From Limnothrix sp. BL-A-16 (GTDB lineage: Bacteria; Cyanobacteriota; Cyanobacteriia; CACIAM-69d): a stretch of 64,000 nucleotides of DNA. Position 1 is the stretch's first letter, and each line of letters starts with the position of its first letter. A program made the position numbers and the translations under genes. This document shows positions 1 through 8,445 of this stretch, one piece after another. Location: assembly GCA_041937175.2 (NCBI GenBank), contig CP166615.1, forward strand, positions 3,264,001 to 3,328,000, in the 5' to 3' direction. The notes under the pieces were generated by a model that did not search any database, was not told the origin of the DNA, and was given only the letters and a program-made list of their open reading frames with translations.

Positions 1-123
1 CAGCCGATCGCCCCAGGTTGTAGATTTCCGACACATTGCGTTACAAAATGACCGATCCTGACGGCGACGACAGCGGCCGCCCGCCCCAAACCTCCGCCTG
101 GGCCAGCATTTGAACGGGCATAG

Positions 124-1374
124 TTACGTCGCCAAAGCCGATCGAATTTCGGCATTCAGGCGATCGAACGGATTATCTGTTAGCGAAACCGTCACAATTC
201 CCTTCAAAATTCGGCGCAATTGATTCAACACCTCGTCAGGATTTTCCATGCGCGAAATACCCTTAAACTCATGCACCATTTGATTGCGATCGGCGCAGAG
301 ATTTTCAATTTTGTCTAAATCTTTCAGCAGTTCTTTCGAGTCAGGATAACAATCCAAAATCAGCCGCATGGTCAGGCGATTGGGAAAATAGCTGGTGCGG
401 ACGGCGCGATTTTTGGGGGCTGCCTGCTCTAGGGTGCGATAGACTTCACCGGATTTGAGAGCCTTGACCGCTTCCCAGAATCGATCGGTGTCGGCCTCAT
501 TTTTGGGAAATTCTGCTAGCTGCCCGATCGCGTATTTCAGCACATTTTCTTGGATGCCAAATACTCGCGTAAAAAAGGTGAAATAGTCGCGATTGTTCAG
601 CGACAACACTGCATTGAAATAGGCTTCCGCCAAAACCGTGGGCTTGTGTCCCGATCGCAGCTTGCCAATGTCCTTAGCCCAGCGATCGTCGATTTGGCCC
701 GCCAGATTCTGAATCGCATCGTTGGCCCCATGAAAGTCGAAAGCCTTGCGACAACGGGCATATTCCAACAACCCTTGCAGGCGATCGGTTGCTAACTGGC
801 TGGCTTCCAACTCCAACCAAGCACCGCTGTAGTTGTAGTCGGCAATTTGTTGCTCAATTCGCTTGCGATCGAACTCCTGCCGCAACACCAAAACATCAGT
901 CGCAAACACCCGACTTTGATTCGGCTGCATTTTCTCGGGATTGCGAACTTGCCACACTTGGCTGTTACCGGCATAGCCCGCCGCCTGCAACAAACTGAAG
1001 GCCGATTTCATCGCTGGCGTACCCGAAGAGGCGTTAAATTCAATGCGATCGCCTGGCTCCAGCAGTAATTTCACCTGCTCCAAACCACGCTTCGCTTCTT
1101 GGGCTGCCAATAACAAATCGGTCGGGTCTTTTGAGAGTTGATTGCTAGTGGGAATTAGCTCCACCGACAACCCCGATAATTGCGCTTCTGATTCGATATG
1201 ATCTTGGGTGTCGCGGGCGTTTTTGGCTGTGCCTTCCGTATGGAGCAACAGCACTTTTTTAATCGTTGTCCCCCGATTCAACAAAAATCGCAGCAAACTA
1301 ATGATCGATCCTTCGGTTTCCGTCGCGGCAAACGGATCTTGATTACCCACAAACGACAAAACAACACTAGCCAT
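124..1374 (-). CDS. Csm6-like CARF-HEPN ribonuclease (type III CRISPR ancillary effector)
   Basis: N-terminal CARF motifs LSFVGNQDP and NASSGTPAMKSA typical of Csm6; C-terminal HEPN RxxxxH (RNQMVH); last gene of the cmr run; ATG start chosen at MASVVLSF. Confidence 0.8.
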   Translation of the reverse strand: MASVVLSFVGNQDPFAATETEGSIISLLRFLLNRGTTIKKVLLLHTEGTAKNARDTQDHIESEAQLSGLSVELIPTSNQLSKDPTDLLLAAQEAKRGLEQVKLLLEPGDRIEFNASSGTPAMKSAFSLLQAAGYAGNSQVWQVRNPEKMQPNQSRVFATDVLVLRQEFDRKRIEQQIADYNYSGAWLELEASQLATDRLQGLLEYARCRKAFDFHGANDAIQNLAGQIDDRWAKDIGKLRSGHKPTVLAEAYFNAVLSLNNRDYFTFFTRVFGIQENVLKYAIGQLAEFPKNEADTDRFWEAVKALKSGEVYRTLEQAAPKNRAVRTSYFPNRLTMRLILDCYPDSKELLKDLDKIENLCADRNQMVHEFKGISRMENPDEVLNQLRRILKGIVTVSLTDNPFDRLNAEIRSALAT

Positions 1375-1422
1375 GATTTTGAGTTTAGAGAGATCGGCTT
1401 TAGTTTGGAGAAAAATCAACCA

Positions 1423-2085
1423 TCAATCGACCAGTTCAGATTTGGCTACGGGTCTCGTGTTTATCTCTGTTTGAATTTGGGCATAAAGCAATTGAGCCTG
1501 TCCCTCGATGGATAAACTAGATGAAATGCCAATCGCTAGACCAAGGAACAATCCCATCAGGAAAGTGCCTATAAATCCACTAAATCCTAGAAAACCACCC
1601 AAAACCAACCCTAAAAGCAGTCCAAACAATCCTCCAAAAATGCTATAGCCTAACAATAAAGATTTCGCTTGGTTGCGAAGTCTGGATGCTACTTTTAAGG
1701 CAAATTCGGGATTATAAACCAGTCGCATTTGATCAGAAGACTGTGATAATTCTGAGTACACTGATTCAGAGTATTGCTGATGAACTTCAGTGCCCGTTAA
1801 ATAAAAAATCTCATTCCAAATAGGTCTAAGTTGTCCAGTTTTTCTGGCTTCAAGGTTCAGAACTTCGATTCCTTCCGGTTGAATCGTTTTGAGGCCACGC
1901 ATCAGGCGATCGCGGATTTGTTCTAGTTGGGGTGGATTTTCTCCCTCAAAGGTCAGCTTCAGTTCATTGCCGTTGGTGCGGCCTTTACAAGTCCAGCCCT
2001 CTTTTTGGAACGATCGATTCAGCATCGCCGCGATCGCCCCTGGTTTGCCCTGTTTTGCCAAGTTGAGAAGCGTGTTATCTGCCAT
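1423..2085 (-). CDS. Uncharacterised membrane protein: soluble N-terminal domain plus two glycine-zipper TM helices
   Basis: N-terminus LAKQGKPGAIAAMLNRS (recurrent cyanobacterial module); hydrophobic GxxxG-rich C-terminal segments; ATG at MADNTLL. Confidence 0.7.
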   Translation of the reverse strand: MADNTLLNLAKQGKPGAIAAMLNRSFQKEGWTCKGRTNGNELKLTFEGENPPQLEQIRDRLMRGLKTIQPEGIEVLNLEARKTGQLRPIWNEIFYLTGTEVHQQYSESVYSELSQSSDQMRLVYNPEFALKVASRLRNQAKSLLLGYSIFGGLFGLLLGLVLGGFLGFSGFIGTFLMGLFLGLAIGISSSLSIEGQAQLLYAQIQTEINTRPVAKSELVD

Positions 2086-2148
2086 GACTGGATTCCTCCA
2101 AGGTTGATACACAACAAACGTGAAAAGGGCGATCGCAGAGCAAGCCAA

Positions 2149-2808
2149 TCACTGGCGATCGGAGATCACACTAGATCGCAACTGTTGGCGAAGCTGGGCT
2201 TCCGCTGCAATTTCATCTTGTTCAGAAGCCGCCAAAAATTGATAGAGCTGGGCTTTTTCGATTGTGGGAAAGGTGGGACTTTGGCTCAGTTCTTGATAGG
2301 TTCGATCAGTTTGGAGGGCATAAATTTTCCATTCCTGACCGTTGTAGCGCCAAAATTCAGGAATTCCGAGGCTGGCGTAGAGGTTGAGCTTGTCGATGTC
2401 GGTGTGGGTGATGTCAATTTCTACGACCAGATCAGGCGGTGGATCGGTGTTCAGATCAATAGTTTTGCCAGCGACTTTGGGTTGATTTTGAATGTAGTAA
2501 GCGAGGTCTGGTTCGGCGGCGCGATCGAGATCGGGGCGATCGAGCCTGGTCGATCCCAAGCTTTTGAGTTTTAGCCCCAGTTCTGCAACCAAGATGCGAA
2601 TAAACAAGCCGATTAATTCACGGGAAAATTCATGCAGTTCCAGGGGCATAACAAGTTCAATTTTGCCGCGATCGTAGGTTAGCCGCACCGATCGTTCTTC
2701 CCCCAACGCGGCTAGCAAGTGGCGATATTGTTCAGGGGTGCGATCGCATAACAAAAAACGCTGCTCTGCGATCGGTCTAGATAGTTTGGACTGAATCAAA
2801 ACAGTCAT
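2149..2808 (-). CDS. Uma2 (DUF820) family PD-(D/E)xK endonuclease
   Basis: Motifs RLTYDRGKIELVMP, EPDLAYY, PPPDLVVEIDIT, GIPEFWRY. Confidence 0.9.
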   Translation of the reverse strand: MTVLIQSKLSRPIAEQRFLLCDRTPEQYRHLLAALGEERSVRLTYDRGKIELVMPLELHEFSRELIGLFIRILVAELGLKLKSLGSTRLDRPDLDRAAEPDLAYYIQNQPKVAGKTIDLNTDPPPDLVVEIDITHTDIDKLNLYASLGIPEFWRYNGQEWKIYALQTDRTYQELSQSPTFPTIEKAQLYQFLAASEQDEIAAEAQLRQQLRSSVISDRQ

Positions 2809-2835
2809 AGTCTTACAAAGCCCCTATTGCAGTCA

Positions 2836-4323
2836 TTACAGCTCATTAACTTCCTCAACTAGTTTCTGATGTACCAAAACCATCAGACTGGCAACACCAT
2901 CTTCATCATCAACTTGATCGATTAACTTGAAGTTTTGATCAGAAATAAAATTTAGGCAATTCAAAACACACTTTTTCCAAAGACTTTCAGGATCAAAGGC
3001 TCTGGGATCAATTTTCCAAGCCTGGAAAACGGATTCTTTTCCTTTTAATCCTGAAAGTTGATGAAATAAGTCATTTCTATTCTTAAATACATGATTCCCA
3101 AACGTCCATATATCTAGATTTCGTGATTTATCAATTCGCTTCTCAAGGTTAAGGGCAAAATATAAGTCTTTTCCATAGCGATTGAGATTCTTTTCTCCGA
3201 TAGTGATAACTCTTGATTCAGCAGGAAATTTCCGATCAGCCCATTTTCGCAATAGTCCCTCAACAGCCCGAAAGCTGTGGAACATAGCTTCCACAGTGTC
3301 TACGCGCTCCAGGCGCTTCACGGCTAGATAAGCAGACTCATAGGCTGTTGACCACCACAATTGCTTTCTTTGAAGAGCCAAGTCATGAAAGTAAGGAATT
3401 AAACTTAGCGTGTCAAAGAACTTGTCGAATTCTGCAAAATTCCACTGAATTGCAGCCTCCAGCAATAGGCTCAGCTCTTGAGATAATCCAAAATTGAGCA
3501 ATTCTTGAACTGCTGCATAATTGCCAAATTTCAGTAGCTCTCTTGCTTGTTGCTTTTTAATTCCGCGCAGATAGCTAGAGCTTTCAATGAACTGCGCTGA
3601 GTTTTCTTGAGTGTCGCTTGTCTTGAGATTATTTTGATTTTCACTGGTGACTAAGAAACGTACGCGATCGCCAAAGTAGGACAAGGACATAAACTGCACA
3701 GCCGAAGAAATAGCCGGTGTGCTAGCCTGATGGCTCACGTACACTTGCTCAAGCTCGCCATCAGTTGCCAGTAGATCATTATTTAAAACGGCAAATTTTT
3801 GGCGCACCAGCTCCAGTACTGAATCCCAATTATCCAAACTGTCCGCAACAGTCTCTGGTTGCAAAACAATTGGCTCTACTACTTGAGCATTCGGCAACTG
3901 CTCGCTAAAGTAGCGCTTTAAAATTGGGAGCAGTTCAGAAGTATCTTGCCAATACGGGCTTTTTACCCCTCGTTCAGTCCGACCATCTGCAAAAATCTTG
4001 GATTGGTCAGTCAGGACTAGAACGATTTGATTTAGTTCACCAGGCTGCCGCACTTTCCGAGTGAAGTTTTCTAAAAGAGGAAAAACCAGTTGGCAAAAAA
4101 TAGTGCTTTGGATCTCTGATTGATTTTGATAAACAGACCCAAGAACCCGTGCAGGAACGCGAAGCACTTCATCATTACTTTTAAAGTGAATCTTCTTAAA
4201 ATCTACATGATACTTCTCATCATAATCTACTTCAAGACACTCATACCAGTCATCCCAGCAAGAGTTTCTTTTCAACTGAATATCGCTGCTGCCGATTGTC
4301 AAAATCCAAATCTTAATCTTCAT
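2836..4323 (-). CDS. Divergent CARF-like/HEPN effector (Csx1/Csm6-like)
   Basis: N-terminal WILTIGSSD strand-loop; VSHQASTPAISSA resembles the second CARF motif; helical middle; HEPN RNDLFH; starts 4 bp after the cmr6-cmr1 stop. Confidence 0.65.
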   Translation of the reverse strand: MKIKIWILTIGSSDIQLKRNSCWDDWYECLEVDYDEKYHVDFKKIHFKSNDEVLRVPARVLGSVYQNQSEIQSTIFCQLVFPLLENFTRKVRQPGELNQIVLVLTDQSKIFADGRTERGVKSPYWQDTSELLPILKRYFSEQLPNAQVVEPIVLQPETVADSLDNWDSVLELVRQKFAVLNNDLLATDGELEQVYVSHQASTPAISSAVQFMSLSYFGDRVRFLVTSENQNNLKTSDTQENSAQFIESSSYLRGIKKQQARELLKFGNYAAVQELLNFGLSQELSLLLEAAIQWNFAEFDKFFDTLSLIPYFHDLALQRKQLWWSTAYESAYLAVKRLERVDTVEAMFHSFRAVEGLLRKWADRKFPAESRVITIGEKNLNRYGKDLYFALNLEKRIDKSRNLDIWTFGNHVFKNRNDLFHQLSGLKGKESVFQAWKIDPRAFDPESLWKKCVLNCLNFISDQNFKLIDQVDDEDGVASLMVLVHQKLVEEVNEL

Positions 4324-4327
4324 AACA

Positions 4328-6115
4328 TTAGTTCCTTCCCCAAACTAGTTGAAACTCTGCTGGATCAGTTGATGAGGATTTCAAAAAATCAAGAAACTCT
4401 CTACATTCGTTAGAGTCGTCCAAGAAAATTGTTAAAATCTCGAAGAATTGATCAGTTTGAATAGCCATTTTCTCTCCTGGCTGATTAGGATTGTCAATTA
4501 AGCAAATTTTAGGATACATGCGATGGATAACTCTACCAATAGTAGATTTGTCAGATTCAACTAACCCCGTTAGAGAAGTCTTGTAAATTGATTTCTCCTG
4601 CTCAGTCTTCAAAATTGCCCGTTGATAAGGCTTATGAAACCAAGACACTGCACGAGAATCACTCATACCTTCAGCCAAACGTGCCCACACTTCAACTTTG
4701 CTAGGATGCCAAGACTCTCGCCAATTTTTAGCCCATCGATCTGATTGAATGGTTAACTTTTCTTGCTGTTCGAGCCATTCACGTTTCAATTCCATCCATT
4801 CACTCGCTGTTGATCGAACACTATCTAAAAACGAGCAAATGCTTTTAATACTCGAAACACTCCTATTGAGTCTCCGGCTCTTTTCATCTGACCACTCCCA
4901 ATGGCAACCAATTAGAGGCTTATAACCGCGAGAATTTTGATAGTAGACATTCCAAAATTTTTGGTGATCAACTCGTCGCCAAGATTTTCCGAATCCACCT
5001 AAAAATAAAGCAAACTGCATCAGCTTTTTAATTAGCTTTGCTAGTGTTTTTTCGTGATGAGAATCATCTAGTGATCGATTTAGAAGCCAAACCAAATTCC
5101 CTTCAACAACATACTGTCCTGAAGGAAAAGGTTCGACATTTGGTGGCAACGGGTGAAACTGGAATCCAAGTAAACCAACAGTTGGTTTGTTAGATTGAAT
5201 CCCTCCAAAAAGGTCTTCAACTAGTCGCTCTGCTATTTTACAATCTGTCAAGCCACCAAATAGACGCAAAGCATGGCCTCGCAATGCAGCACGAAAAATA
5301 TTAGGGCGAAACTCAGCTGAGCCATCTAGCAGCTTGGGGGCTTGCCCTTGACCCTTGAGTTTTGCTGAATACAAAACCTTACGCACCTTAACAGATGTCG
5401 CTTTCACAGACTGCCCATAGCCCGTGGCAGTCTTAGAACCCAAGCCAACGGATAGTGCTCGCTCCCAAATTGTCCAAATCGTTTGCCACTCAGCATTCAA
5501 TAGTGGTTGATTACTCGAAATGGCAAAACGCAACTTTGGCTGATACAGTGAAACCATGGAATAGGCCGTTTCACCAGACGGCTTTTTATCTGTTTTCATG
5601 GTTTTAACCTGCCATTCTTGCTGAGGGTGAACAAGGTCAATTAGGCCCTTTGTCCAATCATTGGTTGGATAAGCACCAAGAAAGCGCAGAATTCCGGGGC
5701 ATAGATCGGTTTCTTTGCCGCAATAGCGATCAGTGCTGCCTACCAACACCATTCCTAATGCCTCGGCCTGCTCACAGGCACTCCGAAACGCCCCCTTCAT
5801 ACTGCTGCCTGGATAGAACGGAATTCCCGCCTTCCCCAAAACCGGCCGAATAATCCCATCATCCTGACCTCCATTAGTGACAAATCGCCAGGAAATTTGA
5901 TAGGACTTAGCACTATAAACCGGTGTTTGTTCGTCCTTAGCATCCCGAGCAGGAATCTGTTCAGCCTTGTCAATCCACTCATTAACCCACTTATCAATGT
6001 CGCGTGGTTGGCCGTCTTTAGTTTTACCTGCATATTGCAGTTTGGATCGCCCATCAATCTGAGCGCGAAACATCCTCGGTACTTCTTCATAGCTGTCAGG
6101 AATCGCTGGCATCAT
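4328..6115 (-). CDS. cmr6: Cmr6-Cmr1 fusion RAMP protein (type III-B variant)
   Basis: Two RAMP units: GIPFYPGSSMKGAFR...GLGSKTATGYG (Cmr6-like) and FRPNIFRAALRGH...LGGFGKSWRR (Cmr1-like). Confidence 0.85.
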   Translation of the reverse strand: MMPAIPDSYEEVPRMFRAQIDGRSKLQYAGKTKDGQPRDIDKWVNEWIDKAEQIPARDAKDEQTPVYSAKSYQISWRFVTNGGQDDGIIRPVLGKAGIPFYPGSSMKGAFRSACEQAEALGMVLVGSTDRYCGKETDLCPGILRFLGAYPTNDWTKGLIDLVHPQQEWQVKTMKTDKKPSGETAYSMVSLYQPKLRFAISSNQPLLNAEWQTIWTIWERALSVGLGSKTATGYGQSVKATSVKVRKVLYSAKLKGQGQAPKLLDGSAEFRPNIFRAALRGHALRLFGGLTDCKIAERLVEDLFGGIQSNKPTVGLLGFQFHPLPPNVEPFPSGQYVVEGNLVWLLNRSLDDSHHEKTLAKLIKKLMQFALFLGGFGKSWRRVDHQKFWNVYYQNSRGYKPLIGCHWEWSDEKSRRLNRSVSSIKSICSFLDSVRSTASEWMELKREWLEQQEKLTIQSDRWAKNWRESWHPSKVEVWARLAEGMSDSRAVSWFHKPYQRAILKTEQEKSIYKTSLTGLVESDKSTIGRVIHRMYPKICLIDNPNQPGEKMAIQTDQFFEILTIFLDDSNECREFLDFLKSSSTDPAEFQLVWGRN

Positions 6116-6116
6116 C

Positions 6117-6545
6117 TCACTTCCCAATTTTGTAACGCTGAGTCCACCAAACCAAGCAATCGCAAAGCTGTGTCAAAACGGCGATCGCCACTCGTTGATC
6201 TTCAATTGATAAAGACCAAAGTTTTTTGGAAACTTCTTCAATCTTTTTGGAAGCTTCTGAATTTTTTAAATCAACAGTGTCTTTAGGCAATAGAATTCCA
6301 GCGTCTTCCATTACTCCACAGAAGGCATCCCACGTATCTTTCCAATATTTAGATTTTGCCACCTCCAGATTCTCTTTTTTATTACCACTAGCCAAGCGCA
6401 AATGTTCTCCCCAAAATCGCTCTAGTCCATAGGCCACGGACATACGCATTTTGTGGGATTGATTCATAGAGTCTGGATCACGCTCACGTGCTGACAACAC
6501 CAATTTCTGCGCAACACGATCAAGTTCATAGGACTTCCAAGTCAT
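6117..6545 (-). CDS. cmr5: Cmr5 small subunit
   Basis: 142-aa helical protein between cmr4 and cmr6; conserved-looking C-terminal LVWWTQRYK. Confidence 0.75.
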   Translation of the reverse strand: MTWKSYELDRVAQKLVLSARERDPDSMNQSHKMRMSVAYGLERFWGEHLRLASGNKKENLEVAKSKYWKDTWDAFCGVMEDAGILLPKDTVDLKNSEASKKIEEVSKKLWSLSIEDQRVAIAVLTQLCDCLVWWTQRYKIGK

Positions 6546-7357
6546 TACTGGTCACCTCCTGAGAGCAACACACGACAGCGACCAAAGCCAATGGATTCGA
6601 GTCCACCAAAATAGATTTCAGATTCCTTATGCTCTCCAAAGGGTTCCCATCCGTGTTCTTTTAAGGCAATAGGAAAAATCATAATGCTCCCTTCTGGTAA
6701 AGCTTCAGTATTGAAAAATGCCCCCTTCGTAACCTTTTTCTCAGCATCATCGAGTTTGACTCGGCTTTGACGATAAAGTGCCATGTCATGCAGCATGGAA
6801 ATATCATTGTCATCAACGACCACGAGCTTATTTCGATCTAGATCAATATCAGCAGGCACCCAAGGAGATAGATCAGCCGTATTCGTAATCTCCAAAAATC
6901 CAAGATTGAAGAACAGAATTTTTCCTCGTCCTTGAACTTGTCGTCCTTGTAGCCCTTTTGGTGCAGTGTAGGGTGCAGGTACATCGGCTTTGATGCCTGT
7001 AATCCGTTTATAGCGCTTGAGCAAAGATGGGCAACTCACCCAAACCACCGGCTGTCCTGGACAGAAAACTGGAAACCAAACCAATGAAGCATATTCAAAC
7101 TTCACCAAGGCTTCAGTAGTTCCGCCATCTGGTTGATTATCTACAGCTTCATGACCATACCAGTAGTTAGTTGCTGTGCGATCCGAACCCCGCATCTCTG
7201 CCCGAAAGCGACCACGAATCGAACTACCGGGAATAATGCCGGTTTGGGTGAACTGATCCCGAAAGATTAGGTTCAAATTACCGGTTTCTTCACCCGCCGT
7301 TGCCCCCACATGCAACGGGGCAAGGGTTTCAATTATGCCGAACGCTCTGTTGTACAT
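6545..7357 (-). CDS. cmr4: Cmr4 (Cas7 group RAMP)
   Basis: APLHVG, IPGSSIRGRFR, FFNTEALPEGS, G-rich loop FGGLESIGFGRC. Confidence 0.9.
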   Translation of the reverse strand: MYNRAFGIIETLAPLHVGATAGEETGNLNLIFRDQFTQTGIIPGSSIRGRFRAEMRGSDRTATNYWYGHEAVDNQPDGGTTEALVKFEYASLVWFPVFCPGQPVVWVSCPSLLKRYKRITGIKADVPAPYTAPKGLQGRQVQGRGKILFFNLGFLEITNTADLSPWVPADIDLDRNKLVVVDDNDISMLHDMALYRQSRVKLDDAEKKVTKGAFFNTEALPEGSIMIFPIALKEHGWEPFGEHKESEIYFGGLESIGFGRCRVLLSGGDQ

Positions 7358-8445
7358 TCTGGGACTCCTTGAATTTCAACCGGTAAACATAGACCACATC
7401 CCAATTGCTTGAGTGAAAATCCTTCCTTGGGAAACCACTCTTCAGGAAAATCCCACCAGGTCATGTTTAAAGGCTCGCGGAAAACATAAACACTGCCACT
7501 GGGAACGGCATACCGCCCTCGCCCTAGTCGCCGCCCTTTTCGAGGATCATCTTTGTTTTGACCCACTCGATAGCGATAGGGCACAGGTTTATCCATCAAC
7601 AACTTGAGGTCACGCTTCGGGAAACTCGGATGTTGTGGATAACGATAGGAAAGGTTATTTGACCCCCAAACGGCCGGAGTGATTAAGGCAAAAGCATGAG
7701 AGATTTTTTGAGCTAGCAACCGATTTAATGGATGTCGCTCGTTAATTGGTTTAGTTTCAATCTCTGCCAAATGTCCTTCGCCACCAAGCCGATACCAACC
7801 ATTGAGATCAATAGTTTCCAAATTAGTTAAGTAAACTAGGCATACATCTTCAGGAAGTTGAACAGCATTTTCCAAAAACAAGCCATCTTCATGCAATACA
7901 TGACGCTCATCATTCCGCATTTGAGTATGTAGGAATGGGGTTGATTTCCAGGGAGATGATCTAAGAGACTGATCGTTTTCTTTAATTTCCTCGTTAGTCC
8001 AGTTCCAGGTATTAATGCGTTGCCAGATGGTTGATGCTGAACCCTTAATATCTCCAGATCCTCGATGCCAGCGATATTGATTGAGATATTGACTATTTGA
8101 CTGATTGGATTGTCGTGCTAGCGACCACTCATCTACTGATGCCCATTTATTTTCGCCTGTTGCACCAATGATCCGATGACGAGGCATAGGCACATAAAAG
8201 TCTTTAGGACTCCTGGTGTATGCCCAAAATGGTCCCGCAACCACTAGTTCTTGTTGAAGTAGGCTTGGATTCATGAAGTTTTGAATTTGATTTGCACCCA
8301 AAATTAGTCCAGATATTGCAGCAGCATCGGGAGGAAATTTATAGTTGGATTTGCCTACCAGACTGCCTATCGACAGAAATCCTCCAGAGCTGGCATACAT
8401 AAAGCCCAATGGAGAAATAGTCACTAGAGATTTGAATTCCGACAT
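7333..8445 (-). CDS. cmr3: Cmr3 (Cas5 group RAMP)
   Basis: ISPLGFMY, FPPDA, VAGPF, RLGGEGH, YAVPSGSVY, LGCG; overlaps the cas10 and cmr4 ends. Confidence 0.85.
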   Translation of the reverse strand: MSEFKSLVTISPLGFMYASSGGFLSIGSLVGKSNYKFPPDAAAISGLILGANQIQNFMNPSLLQQELVVAGPFWAYTRSPKDFYVPMPRHRIIGATGENKWASVDEWSLARQSNQSNSQYLNQYRWHRGSGDIKGSASTIWQRINTWNWTNEEIKENDQSLRSSPWKSTPFLHTQMRNDERHVLHEDGLFLENAVQLPEDVCLVYLTNLETIDLNGWYRLGGEGHLAEIETKPINERHPLNRLLAQKISHAFALITPAVWGSNNLSYRYPQHPSFPKRDLKLLMDKPVPYRYRVGQNKDDPRKGRRLGRGRYAVPSGSVYVFREPLNMTWWDFPEEWFPKEGFSLKQLGCGLCLPVEIQGVPECTTERSA

